NCBI GenBank assembly: GCA_004556165.1
Contig: SFIR01000001.1
Coordinates: 286 to 64,285 of the forward strand
Direction of reading: 5' to 3'
From: Clostridiales bacterium
GTDB taxonomy: Bacteria; Bacillota; Clostridia; Christensenellales; CAG-138
DNA: 64,000 nt
A program made the translations under genes and the position numbers. Positions 39,727-47,844 of the stretch are shown in pieces. How positions within the stretch are numbered: position 1 is the first letter of the stretch; each line of letters opens with the position of its first letter. Below the pieces are notes generated by a model. The model was not told the origin of the DNA. It saw only the letters and a program-made list of their open reading frames with translations, and ran no database searches.

Positions 39727-39763
39727 AAAAAAGCACAGCCTCGCGGAAATACGGAGGTCATGC
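39727..39763 (-). terminator. Intrinsic terminator inside the 5' leader of the CNNM gene
   Basis: Minus RNA reads gcaugaccuc-cguauuuccgc-gaggcugugc (10 positions: 7 Watson-Crick pairs, 2 G-U wobbles, 1 mismatch) followed by uuuuuu. It ends 37 nt before the ATG. Confidence 0.55.
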
Positions 39764-39869
39764 ACGAATTCAACTTTATTCCGAATGAGTTGGGATTATC
39801 GGAGTCGCTGTCGCAACTGTCGTCCACAAGCTTTCCTTTCTGCGGTCATTCCGCCTAAAATCACAGTGC

Positions 39870-39898
39870 ATTATACACCTATGCAGTCCGTTTGTCAA
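39870..39898 (-). promoter_or_regulatory. Consensus sigma-A promoter for the CNNM gene leader
   Basis: Minus strand: TTGACA (39898-39893), 17 nt, TATAAT (39875-39870). Confidence 0.65.
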
Positions 39899-39928
39899 TA
39901 CCTTTTTTCTATATTCTATTCAGAATGA

Positions 39929-39957
39929 ATAAAAAAGGAACTGCATTCGGCAGCTCC
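39929..39957 (-). terminator. Terminator after tatD
   Basis: Minus strand reads ggagctgc-cgaat-gcagttcc (one mismatch) followed by ttttttatt. Confidence 0.6.
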
Positions 39958-39964
39958 TAAAAAA

Positions 39965-40735
39965 TCATTCTTTTATTCCGAAAGCTCGGACGGCATTATC
40001 ATAGGTTATCTGCGCCATCTCTTTGGGATCGATTCCCTTGATCTCCGCAATTTTTTCGCAAGTAAAATGAATGAAGCTCGGGTCGTTGCGTTCACCACGG
40101 TGGGGAACGGGCGTCATATACGGGCAGTCTGTCTCAAGCATTATAGAATCAAGTGGGAGAGCGGATACAACTTCGATGGGCTTTTTTGCGTTTTTGAAGG
40201 TAACAGCACCGCCGAAGCTGAATTTGAGCCCGAGGTCAAGGCATTCATATGCCGTTTCAACGCTGCCGGAATAGCAGTGCATGACTCCGCGGAGACCGTC
40301 ACGGTGCGCACGCAGAATATCCATGCAGTCACCGAAGGCCTCGCGGATATGCAGCACCACGGGATACCCGAGCTGCTTTGCAAGGTCAAGCTGCTCCGCA
40401 AACCATTTTCGCTGATCCTCACGGGGGGATAGGTCATAGTGATAGTCAAGCCCGATTTCACCGAGAGCCAGCATCTTTTCATGCTCAAGATACTTTTTTA
40501 TCTCATCCATCAAGGCATTATTCATCACCCTTACATCATGGGGATGCATGCCGATGGTGCCGTAAACAAAGGGGTAACGCTCGAGAAGCTCGATAGTCCT
40601 TGATGCTGACCTTACATCACATGCAACATCTATAAACTTTTCCACTCCGGCATCCAGGAGCTTCGGAATCAGCTCATGCCTGTCAGCATCAAAGGCTTCA
40701 TCGGAAAGATGCGCATGCGTATCAAAAAGCTTCAT
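39965..40735 (-). CDS. tatD: TatD-family metal-dependent hydrolase (DNase)
   Basis: MKLFDTHAHL... The start is set at ATG 40735 (GAGGAGG 8 nt upstream). ATGA overlap with the upstream gene's stop. Confidence 0.88.
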   Translation of the reverse strand: MKLFDTHAHLSDEAFDADRHELIPKLLDAGVEKFIDVACDVRSASRTIELLERYPFVYGTIGMHPHDVRVMNNALMDEIKKYLEHEKMLALGEIGLDYHYDLSPREDQRKWFAEQLDLAKQLGYPVVLHIREAFGDCMDILRAHRDGLRGVMHCYSGSVETAYECLDLGLKFSFGGAVTFKNAKKPIEVVSALPLDSIMLETDCPYMTPVPHRGERNDPSFIHFTCEKIAEIKGIDPKEMAQITYDNAVRAFGIKE

Positions 40736-42258
40736 TTGCAAAGCCTCCTCAGCGGTGCGTTATCGAGCTTGTCGAATCCTTCGACAGCGCCTAAAAGCGC
40801 CGCGGCGAGCAGCCTAAGCCCACCGACCGAGCTGCTTTCAAGATTGCAGGGCATGATTGGGTCGTGAAGACTGCGCCTTATGAGGAACCAGCCGTTGCCG
40901 TGCGCAGGATCTGCGTTAATCCGCACGCCCTCATAGTTTGGCGTTACGATCCCGAAGCCTTCACGGGAGGCAAAGTATTCCGTTACATGCTCAAGCACCC
41001 TTGCGGTATAGTCCGCAGTGTCGTCAAGAAGTACATTGAGCCTTGCTTCCGCGCTCTCCGCCGGCTCTTCGAGCGATGCGATAAGGTCATCAATACTGCG
41101 TCCGCTGCGCTTTGCATTAACAAGCTCTATCAGCAGCTTAACTATTATGTACGCACCGTCGTCGAGGAAATAGTTCTCATAGAGTGCGCCGTGCCCGCTC
41201 GTTTCCATGGCGAATACGGCGTTTTCACCCTCTGCCATGAGCCTTTTTGCTTCGTTTATAACGTTGCGGTAACCGCGCTTGAAGCGGTGATGACGGCACC
41301 CGAGGGAAGAAATAAAATCGTTAAGACCTGTGGAGGTAATGGAGTCGGTAACGACAGTAATTGCGCCGTATTGCTTTGAAAGTATCGCAGCCATCATCGC
41401 GATAAGACGGTTGCGGTCGAGGGGGAGGGTACCGTTTTCAGTGGGAAGAACTGCTCCGGCACGGTCAACATCGGTATCAAAGATGATGCCGAAATCGGCA
41501 TTGCTCTCGCTTACGGCGTCGCAGATGCTCTGCATCGCTTCGGCGTTTTCGGGATTGGGCTGATGATTGGGGAAGCTTCCGTCGGGTTCGAGATAGCGGC
41601 TTCCCGTTATATCGGCGCCGAGGGGAGAAAGCAAACGCTCGGCGAAGAATCCGCCTGCGCCGTTGCCGGCATCGACAACGATCCTAAAGCCGGTAAAAGG
41701 CTTTGCGTTCTCATCAAGACCGAGGTCACCGAGTATTTTTGCTTTAAGCCCGTAGATGTAGGGAGTCATTATATCAACTTTGCCGCATGCGCCGCGCTCA
41801 CAGGCAGCAGTAAAAACGCCGTTCGCCGCGGAAGCAAGGATGGCGGAGATGTCCTGCTTCTCAAGACCGCCGCTCGCAATAAAGAATTTCATGCCGTTGC
41901 GCTCCATGGGAAGGTGGCTTGCCGTCACCATGATGCCTGCGTCAAGATGAAGCTCATTTACGCAGCACATGAACATTGCAGGCGTGCTTGCCATACCGCC
42001 GTCATATGCGTTTGCGCCGACGAGGGTTATGCCGTCCGTAAGCCAAGAGGCTATCTCGGCACCGGTGAGCCTTGAATCCCTGCCGATGGCAATACGGAGC
42101 TCATTTATCGGTTTGCCGAGCTTTGCGGCAGTCCACTTTGCAAAGGCACTGCCGATATTAGTGCAGCTCTCTTCGGTCAGGTTAACCTCCTTGCCGCCGG
42201 GGACAGCAATAGCGATGCCCCTTATGTCGCTTCCGTTCTGAAGTTTAGAATAATCCAT
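40732..42258 (-). CDS. Phosphoglucomutase/phosphomannomutase family protein
   Basis: Phosphoserine loop TASHLPMERNG. Mg site FDTDVDRAG. The start is set at ATG 42258 (GGAG RBS), because the longer ORF start lies in the T-tract of the upstream terminator. Confidence 0.85.
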   Translation of the reverse strand: MDYSKLQNGSDIRGIAIAVPGGKEVNLTEESCTNIGSAFAKWTAAKLGKPINELRIAIGRDSRLTGAEIASWLTDGITLVGANAYDGGMASTPAMFMCCVNELHLDAGIMVTASHLPMERNGMKFFIASGGLEKQDISAILASAANGVFTAACERGACGKVDIMTPYIYGLKAKILGDLGLDENAKPFTGFRIVVDAGNGAGGFFAERLLSPLGADITGSRYLEPDGSFPNHQPNPENAEAMQSICDAVSESNADFGIIFDTDVDRAGAVLPTENGTLPLDRNRLIAMMAAILSKQYGAITVVTDSITSTGLNDFISSLGCRHHRFKRGYRNVINEAKRLMAEGENAVFAMETSGHGALYENYFLDDGAYIIVKLLIELVNAKRSGRSIDDLIASLEEPAESAEARLNVLLDDTADYTARVLEHVTEYFASREGFGIVTPNYEGVRINADPAHGNGWFLIRRSLHDPIMPCNLESSSVGGLRLLAAALLGAVEGFDKLDNAPLRRLCK

Positions 42259-42276
42259 TTTTATCTCCGTTTCCAT

Positions 42277-42304
42277 AAAAAACGGGCGGAATACAAACCG
42301 CCCG
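42277..42304 (-). terminator. Rho-independent terminator after mreB
   Basis: Minus strand reads cgggcgg-tttgtatt-ccgcccg followed by tttttt. Confidence 0.75.
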
Positions 42305-42323
42305 AAGGTATGTGATTTTATCC

Positions 42324-43364
42324 TTATTCTTCAAAGTAATCGCCGCGGCGGTAATCGTAAAGAGCGCTTACCATGCCCTTGTCGATGTCGTCAAGAGCCT
42401 TGCCCGTACCGACTGCGACGCAGGATACGGGATCTTCCGCGACATAGCAGGGAACCTTTGTATGCTCGGTCACAAACTGATCCATGCCGTAGAGCAGTGC
42501 GCCGCCGCCGGTCAGACAGATGCCGTTTTCGGCGATGTCGCTTGCAAGCTCGGGCGGAGTCTTTTCAAAGAGGGTGCGGATGGTTTCGATGATCTGCTGG
42601 AGGGGTTCTTCGAGTGCGTCGATCATCTCATTTGAACCGACGGTCACTGCCTGGGGCAGGCCGGATATGAGGTTACGCCCCTTAACGTCGATGAAAAGCT
42701 GCTCGCTGCGGGGGTATGCGGAACCTATGCGGATTTTCATATCCTCAGCGGTGCGTTCACCGATGAGGAGGTTATGCTTCTTACGCATGTAGCGGACGAT
42801 GGATTCATCGAATTTATCGCCTGCGACCTTGATGGATTCGCTGAGTACGGAATTATCAAGGGAGATGACGGCAACGTCCGTCGTGCCGCCGCCGATATCA
42901 ACGACCATATTGCCTCGCGGCTGGCTGATGTCTATGCCGGCACCGATAGCAGCAGCAATGGGTTCTTCTATTAGATAGGTATGACGGGAACCGGCTTCCT
43001 CGGTCGCCTCGATAACGGAACGTTTTTCAACTTCTGTAACGCCCGAGGGTACGCAGACGACGACACGGGGCTTAAAGAACAGCTTTGTGCCGACGACCTT
43101 CTTTATGAAGTGATTTAAAAGCCTTTCGGTTATATCAAAATTCGATATGACGCCGTCGCGAAGCGGACGGATAGCGGCGATCTTTCCGGGAGTCCTTCCA
43201 AGCATGCGCCGAGCCTCCTCACCAACGGCGATGATGCGGCCGGTGCGCTTTTCAACTGCGACGACTGCCGGCTCGCGCAGCACGATGCCCTTGTTTTTAA
43301 CATATACCAATACGCTCGAGGTACCGAGATCGATACCGATGTCGTTATATTCAAAAAGCCCCAT
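42324..43364 (-). CDS. mreB: Rod shape-determining protein MreB/Mbl
   Basis: Start set at ATG 43364 (MGLFEYNDIGIDLGTSSVLVY...). Actin-fold phosphate motifs DLGT and DIGGGTTD. Confidence 0.92.
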   Translation of the reverse strand: MGLFEYNDIGIDLGTSSVLVYVKNKGIVLREPAVVAVEKRTGRIIAVGEEARRMLGRTPGKIAAIRPLRDGVISNFDITERLLNHFIKKVVGTKLFFKPRVVVCVPSGVTEVEKRSVIEATEEAGSRHTYLIEEPIAAAIGAGIDISQPRGNMVVDIGGGTTDVAVISLDNSVLSESIKVAGDKFDESIVRYMRKKHNLLIGERTAEDMKIRIGSAYPRSEQLFIDVKGRNLISGLPQAVTVGSNEMIDALEEPLQQIIETIRTLFEKTPPELASDIAENGICLTGGGALLYGMDQFVTEHTKVPCYVAEDPVSCVAVGTGKALDDIDKGMVSALYDYRRGDYFEE

Positions 43365-43644
43365 ATTTTTACCTTTCTTTTTGATGAGAAGCCTAAGCCG
43401 AAATGCACGCTTATGCAGTAAGCAAATTCTCCCCATAAAAACGGGAATGCCCCGAGAATGTCTTATTTTTAGGAGAACAGGAAACAAACCTGATACCTTT
43501 TATTATTGTAACATTATTCGGAAGGCTTTTACAAGAGCATTTTTGAGAAAATTTAAAAATTTTTCAATAAATTTAATTTTTCCTTGTCAGAAAATGGAGA
43601 CAGATCAATATACTTATACTGACAGCGGATCATAGGAGGTAAAT

Positions 43645-43842
43645 ATGTTCATTCCGATGCGCCCGTGCGCAAGAAAAACGCGCTGGAGAAAAAAACGAAT
43701 ACCGGGAGGAATCACAAAGGCAATATGCTGCATCATAGGGATATTGCTTGCGGTGGGACTTTTGTTCCTTTGCCCCAAATGGCTGCTCGTCGTGATAATA
43801 GTTCTGATCTCGGTAGTGCTCGTGCTGCTTCTCAGATGCTGA
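43645..43842 (+). CDS. Small (65 aa) two-TM membrane protein with basic N-terminus, function unknown
   Basis: Strong RBS (TAGGAGG, 7-nt spacer). MFIPMRPCARKTRWRKKRIPGG followed by two hydrophobic spans. Confidence 0.45.
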   Translation: MFIPMRPCARKTRWRKKRIPGGITKAICCIIGILLAVGLLFLCPKWLLVVIIVLISVVLVLLLRC

Positions 43843-43879
43843 AAAAGGCAAAGGGAGAATTATAAGTCTTCCCTTTGCC
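43842..43879. terminator. Bidirectional stem-loop terminator (ends the nrdD-trxB operon on the minus strand)
   Basis: ggcaaaggga-13 nt-tccctttgcc. The minus-strand reading is followed by tttttc. Confidence 0.7.
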
Positions 43880-43894
43880 GCGAACGACAGCAGT

Positions 43895-44215
43895 TTATTT
43901 CTTTTTTGCAATCTCCATTATTTCGGGGTATTTGCGCATGATGTACGCATACCCTATCTCGCTGTGCGGAATGGTGCATTTTGAGCAGTCCTTGATGCCG
44001 CCCTCGATGTAGGTAAACCCACCTCCGCATTTGTCCCCCAAGGCATACAGGGGGCAATAGCAGAACAGACAGTTGAAGAAACCGCTTTCAGGCAGCTTAT
44101 GGCACGGGAAATACTCGCATTCGCTGTTGCAGTAGTAAGCAAAATGCGGCTGACCGTGCATATCCCGGGGATCGATCACGGGTGCTTTTTCTGCGTCTTT
44201 GATCTCGTTTTCCAT
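43895..44215 (-). CDS. Cysteine-rich small domain protein (COG2158-like metal-binding protein)
   Basis: Start set at ATG 44215 (AAAGGAG RBS). YYCNSECEYFPCHK...FNCLFCYCPLY...KCGG...CSKC Cys pattern. 106 aa. Confidence 0.65.
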   Translation of the reverse strand: MENEIKDAEKAPVIDPRDMHGQPHFAYYCNSECEYFPCHKLPESGFFNCLFCYCPLYALGDKCGGGFTYIEGGIKDCSKCTIPHSEIGYAYIMRKYPEIMEIAKKK

Positions 44216-44235
44216 AGCTGCTCCTTTCGCCTGAA

Positions 44236-45159
44236 TCAGAAATTCGAATCGATGTATTCGCATGCGGCAATGGCGGAAACTCCGCCGTCCGCGCCTGCGG
44301 TCACGAGCTGGCGTACCGACTTTGTGCGGCAGTCGCCTGCGGCAAAGATATTGGGCTGCTTTGTGCAGCAGTTCTCACCGGCGATAACGAAGCCTGCATC
44401 GTCGAGATCGACGAGCTCGCTGAACGCCGCATTGTTCGGTTCCTGACCGACTGCGGCAAATATGCCTTCAACATTGAGAACCTGCATGCTTCCGTCAACG
44501 GTGCTTTCGACCGTGATGCTTTCGATTTTATCGCTGCCGGATAGCTTAACAACCTTGCTGTTCATTATCAGCTCGACATTAGTACATGCATCGAGCCCGT
44601 CAACGACCTTTTTTTCGGCACGGAAACGGTCACGGCGGTGGATGAGGTAGACCTTTTTGCAGAGCTTGGATAGGTAGATAGCATCCTGAACCGCGGTATT
44701 GCCGCCTCCGATGACGGCAACGGTCTTGCCTTTGAAGAAGGCTCCGTCACAGACCGCGCAGAAGGAAATGCCCTTTCCAATAAATGAGGCCTCACCCTCA
44801 AGACCGAGCCTTCGATGCTTTAGCCCCGTAGCGATAATGAGCGAACGTGCGGTAAACGAATCGTATTCGGTCTTAACAAGAAGACTTCCGTCCTCGTTTT
44901 TCGTTACTCCCGTGACCGTGTCAACGCAGATCTCAGCTCCGAGCGAAAGCACCGCATTGACGAGCGAATCCACAAGCTCGGTGCCGGAAAGGGGCTTGGT
45001 GAAGGGATAGTTTTCGACCAAGGGCGAAAGCACTATCTGCCCCCCGAAGCTTTCTTTTTCAATAAGGAGAACGGTTTTGCCCGCTCTCCTTGCATATAGT
45101 GCCGCAGTCAGGCCTGCCGGGCCTGCACCGGCGATTATGATGTCGTATACTGTCATCAT
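44236..45159 (-). CDS. trxB: Thioredoxin-disulfide reductase (low-Mr TrxR type)
   Basis: FAD motif IIAGAGPAG, redox CAVCDG, NADPH motif VIGGGNTAVQDA. 307 aa. ATGA overlap with nrdD. Confidence 0.88.
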   Translation of the reverse strand: MMTVYDIIIAGAGPAGLTAALYARRAGKTVLLIEKESFGGQIVLSPLVENYPFTKPLSGTELVDSLVNAVLSLGAEICVDTVTGVTKNEDGSLLVKTEYDSFTARSLIIATGLKHRRLGLEGEASFIGKGISFCAVCDGAFFKGKTVAVIGGGNTAVQDAIYLSKLCKKVYLIHRRDRFRAEKKVVDGLDACTNVELIMNSKVVKLSGSDKIESITVESTVDGSMQVLNVEGIFAAVGQEPNNAAFSELVDLDDAGFVIAGENCCTKQPNIFAAGDCRTKSVRQLVTAGADGGVSAIAACEYIDSNF

Positions 45160-47528
45160 GAGTTCACTGTTTCCTTATTCAGATTCTTTATAAACCTGTT
45201 GATCTCGGATACGCCCACGGCATGGATCTCACTGTCTCCGCACTGTGAGATGAGGGTCGGTGCCTGGCGGATATTGTAGCGGATGGCCAGCTCGGGGTTT
45301 TCCTCTGCGTCAACGACGGTATAGTCAATGCCTGCCCTATCGAGAAGAGCCTTTGCGCTTCTGCAGTTGGGGCATGTCTTGGTGGTGAAGAGAAGGTTGG
45401 AGGCAATGGGAGTCGAATCATTCTCCGCTTCGAGGAGATCCTTGTGCTTCATATAGTCGAGCATGCTGTAAACCTTGCGCTCCTTGAATTCCTGGATCTT
45501 GCCATCATTCCAGTTCTGTACCGGACGGTAGTAGCCGGTGATGCGGCTGTAGACCTCGGATTTTTTGCCGCAGATGGGGCAGGTATAATGCTCGCCTGCG
45601 ACGTAACCATGCTCGCTGCATACGGAGTAGGTGGGGGACAGCGTGTAGTAGGGGAGCTTATAGTTATCCGCAATCTTCTTTACAAGCTCCGCAGCACTCT
45701 CCCAGCTGGGCAGCTTCTCACCCAGGAAGGCGTGGAATACCGTGCCGGAGGTGTAGAGGGTCTGAAGCTCATCCTGAATATCGAGCGCGGAGAAGATATC
45801 ATCGGTATAGCCGACCGGCAGATGGGAACTGTTGGTATAATAGGGAGTGCCGCCGGGCTCCGCCGCAGTGATGATGCCGGGGTAGTTCTTGGCGTCATAC
45901 TTTGCAAAACGATAGGTGGTCGATTCCGCAGGAGTCGCTTCGAGGTTGAACAGCTCACCCTTGTACATCTCCTGATAATCGGACAGCCTGTCGCGCATAT
46001 GGTTGAGGACCTCCTTGGTGAATTCCTGAGCGACAGGGTCGCTGAGATCACGCTTGATCCAGTTAGCATTGAGGCATGCTTCATTCATGCCGACAAGACC
46101 GATCGTGGAGAAATGGTTATCGAATGAACCGAGATACCTCTTTGTATAGGGATAGAGACCCTCATCAAGAAGCCTGCTGATGACCTTACGCTTGGTATGC
46201 AGCGATCTTGCGGCAACGTCCATAAGATGATCGAGCTTCTCGTAGAACTCCGCTTTATCCTTGCTGGTGAAAGCAAGACGGGGCATGTTGAGCGTTACGA
46301 CGCCGACGCTGCCGGTGCTTTCGCCGCTGCCGAAGAAACCGCCGCTCTTCTTGCGAAGCTCACGCAGGTCAAGGCGCAGACGGCAGCACATGGAGCGTAT
46401 ATCGCTCGGCTCCATATCGCTGTTTACATAGTTGGAGAAGTAGGGAGTGCCGTACTTGCTGGTCATCTCGAACAGAAGACGGTTGTTCTCGGTCGGAGAC
46501 CAATCAAAATCCTTGGTAATGGAATAGGTGGGGATGGGGTACTGGAAACCGCGCCCGTCGGCGTCGCCGTCGATCATAATTTCGATGAACGCCTTGTTGA
46601 TCATATCCATTTCCTTTTTGCAGTCACCGTAGGTGAAATCCATCTCCTTGCCGCCGACGATGGCAGGACGGTCCTTGAGGTCGTTGGGAACTTCCCAGTC
46701 AAGGGTGATATTGGAGAACGGAGCCTGAGTGCCCCAGCGAGAGGGGGTGTTGACGCCGTAAACAAAGCTCTCGATGCACTTCTTGACCTGATCATAGGTG
46801 AGGTTATCGGTGCGCACGAAGGGAGCAAGGTAGGTATCAAATGAACTGAATGCCTGTGCGCCTGCCCATTCATTCTGCATGATGCCGAGGAAATTGACCA
46901 TCTGATTGCAGAGCGTGGAGAGGTGCTTTGCGGGGGATGAGGTGATCTTGCCGGGAACACCGCTCAAGCCCTCCTCGATGAGCTGCCTGAGCGACCAGCC
47001 GGCGCAGTAGCCGGTGAGCATGGAAAGGTCGTGGAGATGGAAATCACAGTTGCGGTGTGCTTTGGCAATTTCATCATCATAGACCTCGGAAAGCCAGTAG
47101 TTGGCGGTGATAGCGCCGCTATTGGAAAGAATGAGACCGCCGACGGAATAGGTGACGGTGGAGTTCTCCTTTACTCGCCAGTCGGTGACGTTGAGATACT
47201 TGTCAACGGTGTCGCGATAGTCAAGCATCGTGGACTTGACGTTGCGCAGCTTTTCACGCTGACGGCGATAGAGAATGTATGCCTTGGCAACGTCAGCATA
47301 TCCTGCCTGAATGAGCACGGCTTCGACGCTGTCCTGAATATCTTCGACTGCAATGAGGTCATCCTTGACCTTCGAAGCGAAATCGGCCGTAACCTTGAGA
47401 GCGAGCAGATCCAGAATATCCGGATGGCAGGGCTTATTCTGAGCTTCAAATGCAAGAAGCATTGCGCCTTTGATTTTACTGATGTCAAAATCGACAATCT
47501 TGTCATCGCGTTTTACGACACGGTACAT
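45156..47528 (-). CDS. nrdD: Anaerobic (class III) ribonucleoside-triphosphate reductase fused to a C-terminal glutaredoxin/NrdH-like domain
   Basis: N-terminal ATP-cone. Zn ribbon CSEHG...CPICG. Glycyl-radical motif SRITGYYRPV. Then an ~80-aa thioredoxin-fold tail LLFTTKTCPNCRSAKALLDRAGIDYTVVDAEENPELAIRYNIRQAPTLI. Confidence 0.92.
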   Translation of the reverse strand: MYRVVKRDDKIVDFDISKIKGAMLLAFEAQNKPCHPDILDLLALKVTADFASKVKDDLIAVEDIQDSVEAVLIQAGYADVAKAYILYRRQREKLRNVKSTMLDYRDTVDKYLNVTDWRVKENSTVTYSVGGLILSNSGAITANYWLSEVYDDEIAKAHRNCDFHLHDLSMLTGYCAGWSLRQLIEEGLSGVPGKITSSPAKHLSTLCNQMVNFLGIMQNEWAGAQAFSSFDTYLAPFVRTDNLTYDQVKKCIESFVYGVNTPSRWGTQAPFSNITLDWEVPNDLKDRPAIVGGKEMDFTYGDCKKEMDMINKAFIEIMIDGDADGRGFQYPIPTYSITKDFDWSPTENNRLLFEMTSKYGTPYFSNYVNSDMEPSDIRSMCCRLRLDLRELRKKSGGFFGSGESTGSVGVVTLNMPRLAFTSKDKAEFYEKLDHLMDVAARSLHTKRKVISRLLDEGLYPYTKRYLGSFDNHFSTIGLVGMNEACLNANWIKRDLSDPVAQEFTKEVLNHMRDRLSDYQEMYKGELFNLEATPAESTTYRFAKYDAKNYPGIITAAEPGGTPYYTNSSHLPVGYTDDIFSALDIQDELQTLYTSGTVFHAFLGEKLPSWESAAELVKKIADNYKLPYYTLSPTYSVCSEHGYVAGEHYTCPICGKKSEVYSRITGYYRPVQNWNDGKIQEFKERKVYSMLDYMKHKDLLEAENDSTPIASNLLFTTKTCPNCRSAKALLDRAGIDYTVVDAEENPELAIRYNIRQAPTLISQCGDSEIHAVGVSEINRFIKNLNKETVNS

Positions 47529-47644
47529 GGGTATTCTTCCTCCTGAATTGCTTGTTTAGTCCTTGCCGGGGAAAATCGGTTGAATTACGGATGAATCGCA
47601 TTCCGGCATGCAGCATGAAACCCTTGTTTCCTAACTACGTTACT

Positions 47645-47674
47645 ATTATACCACAGCATATTGGGGGATTGCAA
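47645..47674 (-). promoter_or_regulatory. Sigma-A-type promoter for nrdD
   Basis: Minus strand: TTGCAA (47674-47669), 18 nt, TGgTATAAT (-10 hexamer = 47650-47645). Confidence 0.55.
47651..47666. promoter_or_regulatory. NrdR-box-like operator, proximal (in the promoter spacer)
   Basis: ccacagcatattgggg matches about 11/16 positions of the NrdR-box palindrome acaCwAtATaTwGtgt as I recall it. Confidence 0.45.
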
Positions 47675-47683
47675 GCCTTTTAA

Positions 47684-47699
47684 CCACAAGATATTGTGC
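47684..47699. promoter_or_regulatory. NrdR-box-like operator, distal (upstream of -35)
   Basis: ccacaagatattgtgc is a near-perfect palindrome (cacaa-gata-ttgtg), matching about 13/16 positions of the NrdR-box consensus. It lies 33 bp centre-to-centre from the proximal box. Confidence 0.6.
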
Positions 47700-47844
47700 C
47701 ATGCTTTTCACATATAATATTAGGAATGATTCTTAACCTATTTAACGTAATCAAGAAAACAATACTATTATTATAAAAATGCCGCCTTCTGCGACCGAAT
47801 GACCGAGAAAGCGGCATAAAACACATTGAAAATATATTTTGAAA

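Noticed and set aside
39690-39898. M-box (Mg2+) or yybP-ykoY (Mn2+) riboswitch upstream of the CNNM gene
   Set aside because: I could not find the conserved cores I remember for these classes (for example GTTAGGTGAGGCT... for M-box). I kept it only as an unclassified leader/attenuator candidate.
42259-42276. Longer start (ATG 42276, METEIK...) for the phosphohexomutase
   Set aside because: That ATG lies directly against the T-tract of the mreB terminator and has no RBS. ATG 42258 has a GGAG at suitable spacing.
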